Positions 8,459-18,513 of a stretch of DNA of 32,000 nucleotides are shown piece by piece. Source of the stretch: Hyphomicrobiales bacterium. GTDB taxonomy: Bacteria > Pseudomonadota > Alphaproteobacteria > Rhizobiales > Methyloligellaceae. The position numbers were made by a program, and so were the translations under genes. Position 1 is the stretch's first letter, and the number at the start of each line of letters is the position of its first letter. The notes below the pieces were generated by a model, which had not been told where the DNA came from, did not search any database, and was given only the letters and a program-made list of their open reading frames with translations. The stretch spans positions 6,873 to 38,872 of the forward strand of contig QIGN01000126.1 of NCBI GenBank assembly GCA_003228955.1. The letters run 5' to 3'.

Positions 8459-9985
8459 TCAGATTTTTTTGAGTGGAATGGCGATGAAACGCTGGCGATC
8501 GCCCGAGCGCACCAGCATATCAACCGCCTTGCGCTGTTTCTTCCTGGCCTTGCGAACTCCTTCGGCGACGTCACCCGGTTTATGAACAGTTACGCCCGCC
8601 ACCTTGAGAATAATGTCGCCGGCCTTCAAGCCCTTCTGCGCGGCTTTGCTGTCGGGATCAACTTCAACGATCACGACACCTTCATTGCCGGCGCCACTAA
8701 ATTCCGATGCCGGAGCAAGCGAAAGGCCAAGGCCTTCCATCTCCTCGCCAGCCGGCTTGCCGCTGTTGAGAGCGGCGATCTTTTTCGCTCCCGGAAAATT
8801 ACCAAGCTCAACGCGTATATCGAGCGTTTTGCTGTCGCGCAGCACTGTGACACGCACGCTCTTCTTGGGCTCATAGGCGGCGATCTTGCGGGCAAGGTCG
8901 CGCGAATTATCGATCTTGCTTCCGTCCACACTGACTATCAGGTCACCCACCTGCATGTCAGCTTTGCGGGCCGGACTGCCTTTTGCAAGCTGGGTCACAA
9001 GCGCCCCCTTGGCCTTATCAAGCCCAAGGCTCGCGGCGATATCCTCGTTAATGGTCTGGATTGTCACGCCAAGCCACCCGCGCGCCACCTTGCCCTGATC
9101 CTTGAGTTGAGCAACTACGGACTGGACCAGTTTGGCCGGCACGGCGAAAGCGATGCCCACATTACCGCCCGACGGGCTGAAGATAGCCGTATTCACGCCG
9201 ATCACCTTGCCATCGAGATTGAAGGCCGGGCCGCCGGAATTGCCGCGGTTCACGGCGGCATCGATCTGCAGGAAGTCGTAAGGCCCAGATCCGATATCGC
9301 GCTGCTTCGCAGACACGATACCCGCGGTGACAGTGCCGCCCAGACCGAAGGGATTGCCGACCGCAAGCACCCAGTCGCCAACACGGGCGCTCTTTTCAGA
9401 GAACTCGACAAAGGGAAATTTCTTTTTGGACTTGATCTTGAGCAGCGCCAGATCCGTGCGCTCGTCGGTTCCAATGGTCTCCGCTTCATACTCATCACCA
9501 TTGTCCATGGTGATGGAAATCTCGGTGGCCTCTGCAATCACATGATTGTTGGTCACCAGGTAACCGTCATCGGAGATGATGAAGCCAGAACCCTGCGCAA
9601 GCGAGGGGCGCCTCCGGCGCTCTCCATCAGGGCCGTCTTTGCGGAATCTTTTGAAGAATTCGTTCAGAGGATGGTCATCCGGCAAATCCGGCGCGTTGAA
9701 ATTGGGCGCATTGCGCCTCGGCTTCTGCCGCTTGGATCCATTCTTGACGCGAATGGAAACAACGGCAGGACGCACTTTCTCCGCCAGATCGGCGAAGCTA
9801 GCCGGCGCATTTGCATAAGGCGTCAATGCCGTTGTCTGAGCATTTGCTGTCGGTGTGCTGGGAGCAAGCGCGGCGCCGAGCAGCCCCAGGCCGAGCGCAC
9901 CAGCCAACGCGAAAGCCAGTGGCCTGTTGCCAGTGAAAAATCTTGCTGAACGCATCTTGGTCGGAGTCGTTGCGGGATCGGTCAT
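8459..9985 (-). CDS. degP: Periplasmic serine endoprotease DegP/HtrA (Do family, two PDZ domains)
   Basis: Catalytic motifs TNNHVI, DLALLKI, GNSGGPAFN, followed by two PDZ-like segments. Start set to ATG 9985, which is preceded by AAAGAGGTGG; the track start 10003 is a TTG lying inside that SD. Confidence 0.92.
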   Translation of the reverse strand: MTDPATTPTKMRSARFFTGNRPLAFALAGALGLGLLGAALAPSTPTANAQTTALTPYANAPASFADLAEKVRPAVVSIRVKNGSKRQKPRRNAPNFNAPDLPDDHPLNEFFKRFRKDGPDGERRRRPSLAQGSGFIISDDGYLVTNNHVIAEATEISITMDNGDEYEAETIGTDERTDLALLKIKSKKKFPFVEFSEKSARVGDWVLAVGNPFGLGGTVTAGIVSAKQRDIGSGPYDFLQIDAAVNRGNSGGPAFNLDGKVIGVNTAIFSPSGGNVGIAFAVPAKLVQSVVAQLKDQGKVARGWLGVTIQTINEDIAASLGLDKAKGALVTQLAKGSPARKADMQVGDLIVSVDGSKIDNSRDLARKIAAYEPKKSVRVTVLRDSKTLDIRVELGNFPGAKKIAALNSGKPAGEEMEGLGLSLAPASEFSGAGNEGVVIVEVDPDSKAAQKGLKAGDIILKVAGVTVHKPGDVAEGVRKARKKQRKAVDMLVRSGDRQRFIAIPLKKI

Positions 9986-10155
9986 ACGAACCACCTCTTT
10001 CAAAATTGAATCTGTTGCCTCGATGGCGGAACAAGCCTGTCCGGCACATTCCGCCGATTACGGCCCACGGCCTCATAACTTGAAATATATAGAGGGTCGA
10101 TCCTTACGTGAAACTTTCCGCAGGATTAAACTTTAGTAAGATTCTACTTTGCATT

Positions 10156-11394
10156 TCAAACTTCATCCCGGAGTGTGGTGACCACAACCGAACTCTTCTC
10201 CAGGGTTTTGTGAACAGGACACTTGTCGGCTATCTCGGCAAGACGCGCTCGCACAGGTTCGTCGAGATCACCTTCAAATACAAGTTCTCGCTCGAAACGG
10301 TCAACCCGTCCTTCGCGACCCTCACCGCATTCGGCGCAGTCTTCGGCATGGACCTTTCCATGTCGCACATGAACCGATACGCGATCCAGACCGAGAGACT
10401 TGCGTTCGGCATACATGCGCAATGTCATTGTTGTGCAGGCGCCCAGTGCCGCTGAAAGCAGATCGTAAGGACTGGGGCCGGTATCGGTCCCGCCATAGCT
10501 GACCGGCTCATCCGCCAGCAGCCGGTGCGTATGCGCGACAATTTCCGCCTGGAACTTTCCCTCCCCGGTTTCGGCGACACTCACCTGGCCCTCCGGTCCT
10601 GGATAGGGTAACGAAAGCGTGCTCGCTTCTTCCGAAATATATCGCAAGGCCCAGGCGCTCAGAACATCGGCCACATAAACGGCATCCGAGCGGCGGCTGA
10701 GCAAATGGTCCGCATCGTCGAGTGATATGAAACTTTTGGGATGTTTGGCGGCCTGAAAGATCGCAGCGGCATTTTCGATTCCCACGACCTGATCGCGCGG
10801 TGCATGGAAGACGAGAAGCGCCTTGCCCATTCCGGCCACACGTTTTTCGACCGATTGTGCTTTCAGATCATCCAGAAATTGCTTCTTTATGGTGAAGTCG
10901 CGGCCGGCCAGCTTGACGGTGGCAATGCCGGTTTTCTCGATCTCGTCGAGTTCGGCGCCGAAGTTATGCACCACATGCGCCGCATCCGCCGGCGCGCCAA
11001 TAGTGGCGACCGCCTTCACCTCCGGGATATTCCCGGCGACGGCCAGTACAGCCGCGCCGCCAAGGCTGTGACCGATAAGGATTTCCGGCGCCGCATGGTG
11101 CTGCCGCAAATATTCAGCGGCCTTGATCAGGTCTTCGACATTGGAAGAGAAATTGGTGTTGGCAAACTCACCTTCGCTTGCGCCGAGTCCGGTGAAATCG
11201 AACCGCAAAACGGCGAAGCCGCGGTCCACGAGCGCCTCGGAAATGCGGGCAGCCGCAAAGATATCCTTCGAACAGGTAAAACAATGAGCGAACAGCGCGT
11301 AGGCGCGCGGCGTGCCTGATGGCGTATCGAGGCGCGCCGCAAGCGCTTCGCCGGAACTACCGGAAAAAATGAGTTTTTCGAATGATCGGGACAT
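10156..11394 (-). CDS. Bifunctional alpha/beta hydrolase - OsmC family protein
   Basis: N-terminal hydrolase fold with nucleophile elbow GHSLGG. C-terminal OsmC/Ohr-like domain (GPSPYDLLSAALGACTTMTLRMYAERK). Start trimmed to ATG 11394 (MSRSFEKLIF). Confidence 0.85.
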   Translation of the reverse strand: MSRSFEKLIFSGSSGEALAARLDTPSGTPRAYALFAHCFTCSKDIFAAARISEALVDRGFAVLRFDFTGLGASEGEFANTNFSSNVEDLIKAAEYLRQHHAAPEILIGHSLGGAAVLAVAGNIPEVKAVATIGAPADAAHVVHNFGAELDEIEKTGIATVKLAGRDFTIKKQFLDDLKAQSVEKRVAGMGKALLVFHAPRDQVVGIENAAAIFQAAKHPKSFISLDDADHLLSRRSDAVYVADVLSAWALRYISEEASTLSLPYPGPEGQVSVAETGEGKFQAEIVAHTHRLLADEPVSYGGTDTGPSPYDLLSAALGACTTMTLRMYAERKSLGLDRVSVHVRHGKVHAEDCAECGEGREGRVDRFERELVFEGDLDEPVRARLAEIADKCPVHKTLEKSSVVVTTLRDEV

Positions 11395-11472
11395 GCACCG
11401 GCTCCTTCTGGCGGAAATAGCATTTGCCGGCTTAAGATGGGTCGGGAGGGTTAGCGGAGCAAGGGCGAGCAT

Positions 11473-11940
11473 TCAGCCGCGGCGCAGCAGCTTCTTCAAT
11501 GCGCGCTTTTCTTTTGCGGAAAGGGCTTTCACCGGGGCGGCCGCAACCTCTGCCGAGCGTCGCCTGTGGGCCGTGAAAATCACAAAGATCGAGATAAGAA
11601 ACAGTACCGGCGCGGAAAACCAAAGGATCATCGTATGCGGTGCGAAACGGGGCCGCAGCAGCACGAATTCTCCATATCGTGCAACCAGGAAATCGATCAC
11701 CTGGGCGTCGCTATCGCCCTTGGTCAAACGCTCGCGAACAAGGATACGCAAATCTCGCGCAAGCGGCGCATTGGAATCATCGATCGACTGGTTCTGGCAA
11801 ACAAGACAGCGCAAATCGACTGAAATCTTCCGCGCGCGCGCCTCAAGCACGGGATCTTTCAGAATCTCGTCGGGCTCTACCGCCTTGACCGGAACCGTCA
11901 TCAGCCAAGCCAGCCAGATAATCGCGAAAAAACGAATCAC
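11473..11940 (-). CDS. ccmH: Cytochrome c-type biogenesis protein CcmH (rhizobial CycL)
   Basis: LRCLVCQNQSIDDSNAPLARDLR heme-handling motif, signal/TM at the N-terminus and a second TM. GTG at 11940 lies 5 nt after the ccmF stop; the ATG at 12000 would overlap ccmF by 56 nt. Confidence 0.88.
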   Translation of the reverse strand: MIRFFAIIWLAWLMTVPVKAVEPDEILKDPVLEARARKISVDLRCLVCQNQSIDDSNAPLARDLRILVRERLTKGDSDAQVIDFLVARYGEFVLLRPRFAPHTMILWFSAPVLFLISIFVIFTAHRRRSAEVAAAPVKALSAKEKRALKKLLRRG

Positions 11941-11944
11941 ATCC

Positions 11945-13930
11945 CTACTCCGCCGGCGCCGCAGCTGTTTGCGCGACGCGGGCACGCTTGGGTGCGCCAA
12001 CCCTCAATCTGCGGTCAGAAAGCGACAGAAACCCACCAAAAAACATTATCAGCGTCCCAATCCAGATGAGCCGTACCAGCGGATTGAAATAAAACCGTAT
12101 GGTGTAGGCGCCTTCTTTGAGTTCATCGCCGAGAACCACATACAGGTCACCTGCCCAGGCGGCATAAATACCTGCCTCTGTCGTCGCCGTTTTTGGTGCA
12201 TCGTAAAGACGTTTTGAAGGTTGTAGCCGGGTTATCTCCTCACCCCCGCGTGTTACAATCAGCATTCCAATCTGCTCACGGTAATTCGGCCCCTGGGCCG
12301 GAGCCACACCATCAAATCGCAAATCGTAACCGGAAAAATTCACGATCTCGCCTGGTTTCACCTCGAGGATTTTTTCGTTCTGCCATGTGGTCGTTCCGAC
12401 CACCCCAAGAACCATAACTCCAATTCCCAAATGGGCGAAAGTCGCACCAAAAGCGGAGCGCGGAAGACTACGCAGACGACGGAAGACCTCCTCCCATGAC
12501 GCCCGGAACATCTTTACACGAAAAGCTATTTCGGACAGTGCCCCGAATATGACCCAAATACCCAGGCCAAGTCCCAATGGCGCCATCCAAGGTCCGCGAC
12601 CTGAGATCGAATAAGCTGCGATCACCACCAGCGCGGTAACTACCGCCGCGACTGACAGGCGCTGCGCAACACCGAGAATATCACCTCGCTTCCATGCGAG
12701 AAACGGTCCGAACGGCACGGCGAGGAGCAACGGGACCATCAACGGTCCGAACGTGGCGTTGAAAAATGGTGGCCCAACGGAAATCTTGTCGCCTGTCACT
12801 GCCTCCAGGGCAAGCGGATAAAGCGTGCCGATGAAAACCGCCGCGCAGGCCGTTGTAATAAGGAGATTGTTCAAGACCAATGCTCCTTCCCGGCTCATTG
12901 GCGCGAAAATACCCCCTTGGCGCAGCACTTGAGCGCGGCTCGCAAACAGCGCCAGGGCACCACCACTGAAAATCACCAAAATGCCAAGAATATAAAGGCC
13001 TCGCTCCGGGTCCGTCGCAAATGCATGGACGGATGTGAGTACACCGGAGCGCACCAGGAAGGTCCCCATCAAACTCAGGGAAAACGTTAAAATGGCGAGC
13101 AGGATGGTCCAGATCTTCAAGGCATCGCGCTTTTCCATAACCAGCGCGGAATGCAGCAACGCGGTCCCTGAAAGCCAAGGCATAAAGGAGGCATTCTCCA
13201 CTGGGTCCCAAAACCACCAGCCACCCCAGCCAAGTTCATAATAGGCCCACCATGACCCCATGGCGATGCCGATTGTCAGGGACATCCACGCCATGAGCGT
13301 CCAGGGCCGCACCCAGCGAGCCCAGGCCGGATCAATACGGCCGGTAATGAGCGCGGCAACGGCGAATGAGAACGCAATGGAGAACCCGACATAGCCCCCA
13401 TAGAGGAAGGGGGGATGGAAGGAGAGCGCCGGATCCTGCAGGATCGGGTTGAGGCCGCGGCCCTCGAAAGGCGCGGGATCAAGACGAAGGAAGGGATTTG
13501 ATGTCATGATCATGAATAGCAGAAAGGCTACGGATATAGAGCCCTGAACGCCCAGCACATTGGCCTTCAGGTCGGGGGGAAGATTGCGTCCGAACACCGC
13601 CACGGCGCCGCCAAAGAGTGCCAAAATCAACACCCAAAGGAGCAAGGATCCTTCATGATTCCCCCAAACCCCGCTGATTTTATAAAGCATCGGTTTGGCG
13701 GAATGAGAATTCTGAAAAACATTTAAGAGCGAAAAATCGGAGGTAACATAGGCTACCGTCAACGCAATGAATGCAATCAGAATCAAAACAAACTGAGCTT
13801 GCGCCGCGGAAGTCCCAATGCGCATTAGCGCCAGATTCCCGCACTGTGCCCCCCAGATGGGCAAAATCGTCTGCGCCAGCGCCACACCCAGTCCCAGTAT
13901 CAGGGCGAAATGTCCGATTTCAGAAATCAT
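11945..13930 (-). CDS. ccmF: Heme lyase subunit CcmF (rhizobial CycK)
   Basis: 661-aa polytopic membrane protein with WGGWWFWDPVENASFMPW tryptophan-rich heme-binding motif. Confidence 0.95.
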   Translation of the reverse strand: MISEIGHFALILGLGVALAQTILPIWGAQCGNLALMRIGTSAAQAQFVLILIAFIALTVAYVTSDFSLLNVFQNSHSAKPMLYKISGVWGNHEGSLLLWVLILALFGGAVAVFGRNLPPDLKANVLGVQGSISVAFLLFMIMTSNPFLRLDPAPFEGRGLNPILQDPALSFHPPFLYGGYVGFSIAFSFAVAALITGRIDPAWARWVRPWTLMAWMSLTIGIAMGSWWAYYELGWGGWWFWDPVENASFMPWLSGTALLHSALVMEKRDALKIWTILLAILTFSLSLMGTFLVRSGVLTSVHAFATDPERGLYILGILVIFSGGALALFASRAQVLRQGGIFAPMSREGALVLNNLLITTACAAVFIGTLYPLALEAVTGDKISVGPPFFNATFGPLMVPLLLAVPFGPFLAWKRGDILGVAQRLSVAAVVTALVVIAAYSISGRGPWMAPLGLGLGIWVIFGALSEIAFRVKMFRASWEEVFRRLRSLPRSAFGATFAHLGIGVMVLGVVGTTTWQNEKILEVKPGEIVNFSGYDLRFDGVAPAQGPNYREQIGMLIVTRGGEEITRLQPSKRLYDAPKTATTEAGIYAAWAGDLYVVLGDELKEGAYTIRFYFNPLVRLIWIGTLIMFFGGFLSLSDRRLRVGAPKRARVAQTAAAPAE

Positions 13931-13966
13931 GTTACTTCGGTCCCTCCCGCAACTCGCCCGGCGGCT

Positions 13967-14422
13967 CTAGTATGGCTTGTCCGCCGCTTCATTGCCCTTC
14001 CACGCGCCCTGTTTCTTCAATGCTGCGGCCACTTCGGGTGGCATGTAGTTTTCGTCATGCTTTGCAAGCACATTCTCGGCAATAAAAAAACCATCGCTGT
14101 CAAGCGCGCCTTCGGTGACGACGCCCTGCCCCTCGCTAAACAAATCCGGCAGCACACCTGTATACCTGACTTGAATCGTTTTTGCAGTGTCGGTCACCGA
14201 AAATTGTACGGTCATGCTCTCACCGCGCTTGATACTGCCCTCTTCAATAAGACCCCCGAGCCGAATACGCTCGCCCGGCTGGATGTTCTTCGCCACCAAA
14301 TCGCTGGGGCTGTAGAAGAAAACGATTGAGTCCTCCAGAGAGTAAAGGACCAGCCCGACCGAGAGCCCCAGCACCGTGAGGCACATGCCAATCAATACCG
14401 ATCTTCGCTGCTTGCGTGTCAT
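13967..14422 (-). CDS. ccmE: Heme chaperone CcmE (rhizobial CycJ)
   Basis: MTRKQRRSVLIG N-terminal anchor, OB-fold core, heme-binding LAKHDENYMPPEV motif. ATG 14422 preferred over TTG 14431. Confidence 0.93.
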   Translation of the reverse strand: MTRKQRRSVLIGMCLTVLGLSVGLVLYSLEDSIVFFYSPSDLVAKNIQPGERIRLGGLIEEGSIKRGESMTVQFSVTDTAKTIQVRYTGVLPDLFSEGQGVVTEGALDSDGFFIAENVLAKHDENYMPPEVAAALKKQGAWKGNEAADKPY

Positions 14423-14488
14423 TGTCCGCAACCCTTACCTTGTACCTGTTGACAAAAGTGGTCCTGCCCCCGAGCCGGAAACTGGAAA

Positions 14489-15652
14489 CTACAGTCCCAG
14501 TTGGTCAGCAAGTTTACCCAAAGAAGCCAGCGCGCCGGGGTCCTCCGCAAATGTCTGTCTGGCACTGACAAGAGCCTTGCGTGCCGCCTGCTTGTCTCCG
14601 AGCACTGAGTAACTTCGAACCAGCCGCCGCCATTCCTCTATTTCACCACCGCCGTCCTTGAGCCGCTCTGCGAGCCGGCCAACCATCTGTTTGATCATGG
14701 CGGAACGGTCGGTGGAATTCATCTCTCCCGCCGCCGCAACATCCTCTCCGGTCGGACCTTTTAATACGGTACCTGCGGGACTCGCGGCTACCTCCTCAGC
14801 AGGCGCTATTCCCTCTCGCTGCTCCAGACCGGCAAGCCGCTGCTCTACCATTGGGCGCCATGGAGCTTCAGCACTTCCGCGTTTCAACAGCGCGCGCCAG
14901 TCACTGGCCGCTTCCTTGAAACTTCCATCTTGCTCCTTTGCAACAACAAGCCAGAATTGCGCCTCCATCAGATCAGGATTACCTTTGATAGCGTTTTGCA
15001 GTGCCTTACGCGCGGTCTCGCTCACCACTCCTTCATCCGCGAGCACCGTGGCAATCCCGAAATTGGCGAACCGCTCCGGTGTTTCTCCAAGTAACCTGAG
15101 CGCATTGCTGAAAGCGTCTGCAGCCTCCGCGAAACGCTGTTGCCGCATATAGACCGGAGCAAGAACCTCCCAGCCGCGTCCGTCCGCGGGAAACTGGCGC
15201 AACCGCGCTTCAACCCGGGCCATAAGCGGTCCGACTTTCTGGTCGTCAGTCGACGGGTTCAACCGAGCGGCCAAAGGGTTGTCGGGTAAATTGGGTGAGC
15301 CATAGGTAAGATAGAGAGCGCCACTGATGAGCGGCACGCAAACAAACGCGCAAACCAGAGCCAACGCCGGGGCATGACCTTCGGGCCTGTTGGCGGATAT
15401 GGATTTTGCTCGGTCCCCGGTGCCCGCAACCGCGAGAAGCCGGCGAGAGACTTCCGTTCGGGCCGCCTCGGCCTCAGATGAACTGATAACGCCCCGCGCC
15501 TCCTCGGCATCAACTTCGCTCAATTGATCCTTGAAGACCACGGCGTCATATTCCGCCGCATCGAAATCCTTCTCGCCGGTGCGCAGAATCGGCCACAGCA
15601 CAGCGGTCAGCGCGGCAGCGGTCAATATCGCGAAGATTGCCCAAAGAACCAT
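14489..15652 (-). CDS. ccmI: Cytochrome c-type biogenesis protein CcmI (rhizobial CycH), TPR-containing
   Basis: Two N-terminal TMs (MVLWAIFAILTAAALTAVLWPIL; ALALVCAFVCVPLISGALYL) followed by TPR-like repeats. First gene of the cycHJKL order. Start trimmed to ATG 15652. Confidence 0.85.
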   Translation of the reverse strand: MVLWAIFAILTAAALTAVLWPILRTGEKDFDAAEYDAVVFKDQLSEVDAEEARGVISSSEAEAARTEVSRRLLAVAGTGDRAKSISANRPEGHAPALALVCAFVCVPLISGALYLTYGSPNLPDNPLAARLNPSTDDQKVGPLMARVEARLRQFPADGRGWEVLAPVYMRQQRFAEAADAFSNALRLLGETPERFANFGIATVLADEGVVSETARKALQNAIKGNPDLMEAQFWLVVAKEQDGSFKEAASDWRALLKRGSAEAPWRPMVEQRLAGLEQREGIAPAEEVAASPAGTVLKGPTGEDVAAAGEMNSTDRSAMIKQMVGRLAERLKDGGGEIEEWRRLVRSYSVLGDKQAARKALVSARQTFAEDPGALASLGKLADQLGL

Positions 15653-15820
15653 ACCTGAAGCCTTATCCTTGACTCGGTGGTAACCAGTTAGAAGGGATAA
15701 GCATGGCAAGGGGAAAGGGGCAAGCCTCGTAAGTTGACAAGACCTTGATCAACACGTGGCAAACGGTCGCGTATCGCCGTGGCGAACAAGGTCTCAGAGC
15801 GCCGCCCAACGACCTGTTTC

Positions 15821-16285
15821 CTAGCTGACTTTGCTCCAGGTGCCATCCGGTTTGCGGCAGGCACGCCCATTCATGGTTTCGGGACGGCCATTGATATAGA
15901 TGGTGTGGGTGTAGGTTCGGCAATCTGCTCCGGCAACCTTATAGGGCTTACCAGGAACAACCGTCCCGTAAAGCCCGGAATTCGGATTTCGCCACGGTGT
16001 CGCTATTCCCGCCCGACCGGTCTCAAGTGCGCGGTACTCGGCCTCCATTGCAGCGCGGCGATCAGCCTCGTCCATGCGCCTGCCAATTTCATTGCCAACG
16101 ACGCCGCCGAGAAACGCGCCAACCACAGCACCGGCAATTCGGCCATCGCCACTGCCCACCTGACTGCCGAGCAGGCCGCCGGCTACGGCGCCAAGCACAG
16201 TGCCCGACTGAGCGCTACGGCCCGGCCCGCAGGCGGCAAGCGTTACCGGAATGACAATTGTAGCTAAAATCGCCGCTGCTCGCAT
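15821..16285 (-). CDS. Outer-membrane lipoprotein, 17-kDa surface antigen / glycine-zipper family
   Basis: Lipobox VTLAAC after start MRAAAILATIVIP (ATG 16285). Glycine zipper GAVAGGLLGSQVGSGDGRIAGAVVGAFLGGVVG. C-terminal CRTY...GRACRKPDGTW surface-antigen-like domain. Confidence 0.7.
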   Translation of the reverse strand: MRAAAILATIVIPVTLAACGPGRSAQSGTVLGAVAGGLLGSQVGSGDGRIAGAVVGAFLGGVVGNEIGRRMDEADRRAAMEAEYRALETGRAGIATPWRNPNSGLYGTVVPGKPYKVAGADCRTYTHTIYINGRPETMNGRACRKPDGTWSKVS

Positions 16286-16432
16286 TTTCCCATCCTCGCA
16301 AATGTAAGTATGGCTTGTACAAGCTGGAGGTTTTCCAGCATATCCGTATTCGCCAATCATTCAATATAGCGCGCCCAATTTCTAATGATACGAAGATTCA
16401 GGCAAAAATTCGGCCTCTGATTATTTGCAAGG

Positions 16433-17818
16433 TTAAGGCCCCGGCAAAACCAAGCGTGCGCTCAAGCCGCCATTCTTCGATTTTTCCAAGGAGAGCTTAC
16501 CCTTATACAGGTGTGCAAGCTCGGCCACGATCGACAGCCCCAAGCCTGAACCAGGCTTTGTTTCATCCAGCCGGCGGCCCCTTTTTATCACTGCAAGCCT
16601 TTCTTTTTTGGGTAATCCAGGACCGTCATCATCGACAGAAACTGTAAGAAAGCGCCCGCTTCGGGTATCTGCATCCGTTCCGAGCGATACCGTCAGAGCA
16701 ACATGCGATTTGGCCCATTTGCAGGCGTTATCAAGAAGATTTCCAACCATTTCTTCAAGATCTTGCTTCTCGCCTGCAAACGTGATGCCGTCAGGACATG
16801 AACTGAAAAACGTCAGCCCGCGCCCTTCATAGATGCGCTCCAGCGCTCGCACAACCGCTGCGACAACGGGTTTTACCTCCGTCTGACTTCCAGTAATGGC
16901 GGAACGCGCCGCCATACTGGCCCGGTTCAGATGGTGGTCGATCTGGCCCCGCATAAGTTCGGCCTGATCGCCGACTTTCTTGCCAAAACGCGTTCGGTTT
17001 TGAGCGGCCTCATTCGTAATTACGCTCAATGGTGTTTTCAGCGCGTGAGCCAGATTTCCGACATGAGTGCGAGCCCGCTCGACAATCTCGCGGTTGGACT
17101 GAATCAGGGCGTTGAGTTCACGTTGCAGCGGAACGATTTCAGTTGGAAGTTCGCCCTCCAGTTTCTCCGAGTCACCTGAGCGTATCGCCGAAAGTCCCTT
17201 GCCAATCGCGCGCAACGGCCTCAGGCCGAAACGCACCTGGAAATACGTGGCGAGCACGAGACCAAGCCCAAGAATTGTAAGAGCCACCACCAGCAGGATA
17301 CGGAATTCATCGATCACCATCTCGATCTCCGCGCTATCGCCGGCAACCGCAAAGGAAAACCTTGTCGTGCCCCTATTTGGGTCATTGAGCCTGATCTCTC
17401 GCTCCAGGACACGCAGGCGCTGTTTCTCCGGACCTTCGATATAGGAGCGACGTGTGAGGATGCCATCGGCCAAGGCCTTGATTTCTCTTGGCAAAACAAG
17501 ACGCTGGTCAAGGAGAGAGTCTGACGTTTGCAGGGATTGCACACTGGAACCGAGCGGAGTGATCTGCCAGTACCAGCCAGAAAAGGGGAGTGTGAAGAGC
17601 GGATCGCTCAGGGAGGGAGAGGGCGCTTGCGAACCGGGGCTGGCGGCAGCGAGATTGGCCACCAGATTGGTGAGGTAGACATTCAGACGGGCGTCGAAAC
17701 TGCGCTCGACCGCCCCGCGATAGACCGAGATGAGAACGATGGCGGTGATCGGCAGGGCAACCAATGCCCAGACCGACGCCGCGGCGAACAGACGCAATGC
17801 GAGGGAGTTAAGCCTCAT
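16433..17818 (-). CDS. feuQ: Sensor histidine kinase, FeuQ-like (2 TM, HAMP, HisKA, HATPase_c)
   Basis: H-box HVGNLAHALKTPLSVITNEA, N-box GNLLDNACKWA, G1 DDGPGL, G2 GSGLGLSIVAEL. Overlaps the response regulator stop. ATG 17818 (MRLNSLALRLF) preferred over TTG 17845. The symbol comes from family resemblance and synteny only. Confidence 0.8.
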   Translation of the reverse strand: MRLNSLALRLFAAASVWALVALPITAIVLISVYRGAVERSFDARLNVYLTNLVANLAAASPGSQAPSPSLSDPLFTLPFSGWYWQITPLGSSVQSLQTSDSLLDQRLVLPREIKALADGILTRRSYIEGPEKQRLRVLEREIRLNDPNRGTTRFSFAVAGDSAEIEMVIDEFRILLVVALTILGLGLVLATYFQVRFGLRPLRAIGKGLSAIRSGDSEKLEGELPTEIVPLQRELNALIQSNREIVERARTHVGNLAHALKTPLSVITNEAAQNRTRFGKKVGDQAELMRGQIDHHLNRASMAARSAITGSQTEVKPVVAAVVRALERIYEGRGLTFFSSCPDGITFAGEKQDLEEMVGNLLDNACKWAKSHVALTVSLGTDADTRSGRFLTVSVDDDGPGLPKKERLAVIKRGRRLDETKPGSGLGLSIVAELAHLYKGKLSLEKSKNGGLSARLVLPGP

Positions 17819-18479
17819 CCGGCGAATTTCCGAGGCAATATCCAAGTCCCCGCACCGTCTCTATCAGGTCGGCAGGTATTTTTTTGCGAAGTCGCCCGAC
17901 AAAGACTTCGATCGTATTCGAGTCGCGATCGAAGTCCTGATCGTAAAGATGCTCGACCAGTTCGGTCCGTGACACAACACGGCCCCGATGGTGCATGAGA
18001 TAGGCGAGCAGCCGGTATTCGTGAGAAGTGAGTTTGACTGGCGCGCCGCTGACTGTAACCCGGGAAGTTTTTGTATCCAGCCGCAGGGGGCCGACTTCCA
18101 TTTCGTTTTTCGCATGTCCCGATGAGCGGCGCAGCAGAGCCCTCACCCGCGCCAGAATTTCCTCCATGTGAAACGGCTTCGCGACATAGTCGTCCGCGCC
18201 TGCGTCAATGCCGGCGACCTTGTCGCTCCAGCGGTCCCGCGCGGTCAGGATCAGAACCGGCATTTTCCGGTTGTCCCGGCGCCAATTCTCCAGGACGCTG
18301 ATGCCATCTCTCTGTGGCAAACCAAGATCAAGGATCACCGCGTCATAGGGCTCGGTATCGCCAAGAAAATGCCCCTCCTCACCGTCAAAGGCAGTATCAA
18401 CGGCATATCCGGCATCGGACAACGCCGCAACCAGCTGTCTGTTCAGATCAGGATCGTCTTCGACAATCAATAGCCGCAC
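17808..18479 (-). CDS. feuP: OmpR-family response regulator, FeuP-like
   Basis: MRLLIVEDDPDLNRQL...GEEGHFLGDTEPYDAVILDLGLPQRDG...LTARDRWSDKVAGIDAGADDYVAKPFHMEEILARVRALLRR plus winged helix (LTSHEYRLLAYLMHH, TVRGLGYCL). Closely resembles rhizobial FeuP as I recall it. Confidence 0.85.
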   Translation of the reverse strand: MRLLIVEDDPDLNRQLVAALSDAGYAVDTAFDGEEGHFLGDTEPYDAVILDLGLPQRDGISVLENWRRDNRKMPVLILTARDRWSDKVAGIDAGADDYVAKPFHMEEILARVRALLRRSSGHAKNEMEVGPLRLDTKTSRVTVSGAPVKLTSHEYRLLAYLMHHRGRVVSRTELVEHLYDQDFDRDSNTIEVFVGRLRKKIPADLIETVRGLGYCLGNSPDEA

Positions 18480-18513
18480 AGCCCCTCCTCCTGCACCTGC
18501 TTTAATAGGATCC

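Noticed and set aside
8329-8574. 82-codon upstream extension of the response regulator ORF
   Set aside because: The receiver domain begins at MRVLLIEDD (ATG 8328). The extension has no homology pattern and would overlap the degP 3' end.
8582-9949. 455-aa plus-strand ORF
   Set aside because: It lies entirely antisense to degP, which has clear protease and PDZ motifs. The translation is Arg/Ala/Gly-rich with no motifs, typical of a shadow ORF in high-GC DNA.
10025-10055. 7-bp inverted repeat GGCGGAA-N17-TTCCGCC in the degP leader, plus CTATAT and TTGAAA-like boxes at 10080-10150
   Set aside because: It could be a 5'-UTR structure or an operator. The stem is short, the promoter-like hexamers are weak, and the spacing is ambiguous, so there is not enough evidence for a call.
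11312-12217. 301-aa plus-strand ORF spanning the hydrolase start, ccmH and the ccmF end
   Set aside because: It is antisense to three well-supported genes, and its low-complexity Arg/Ser-rich translation shows no motifs.
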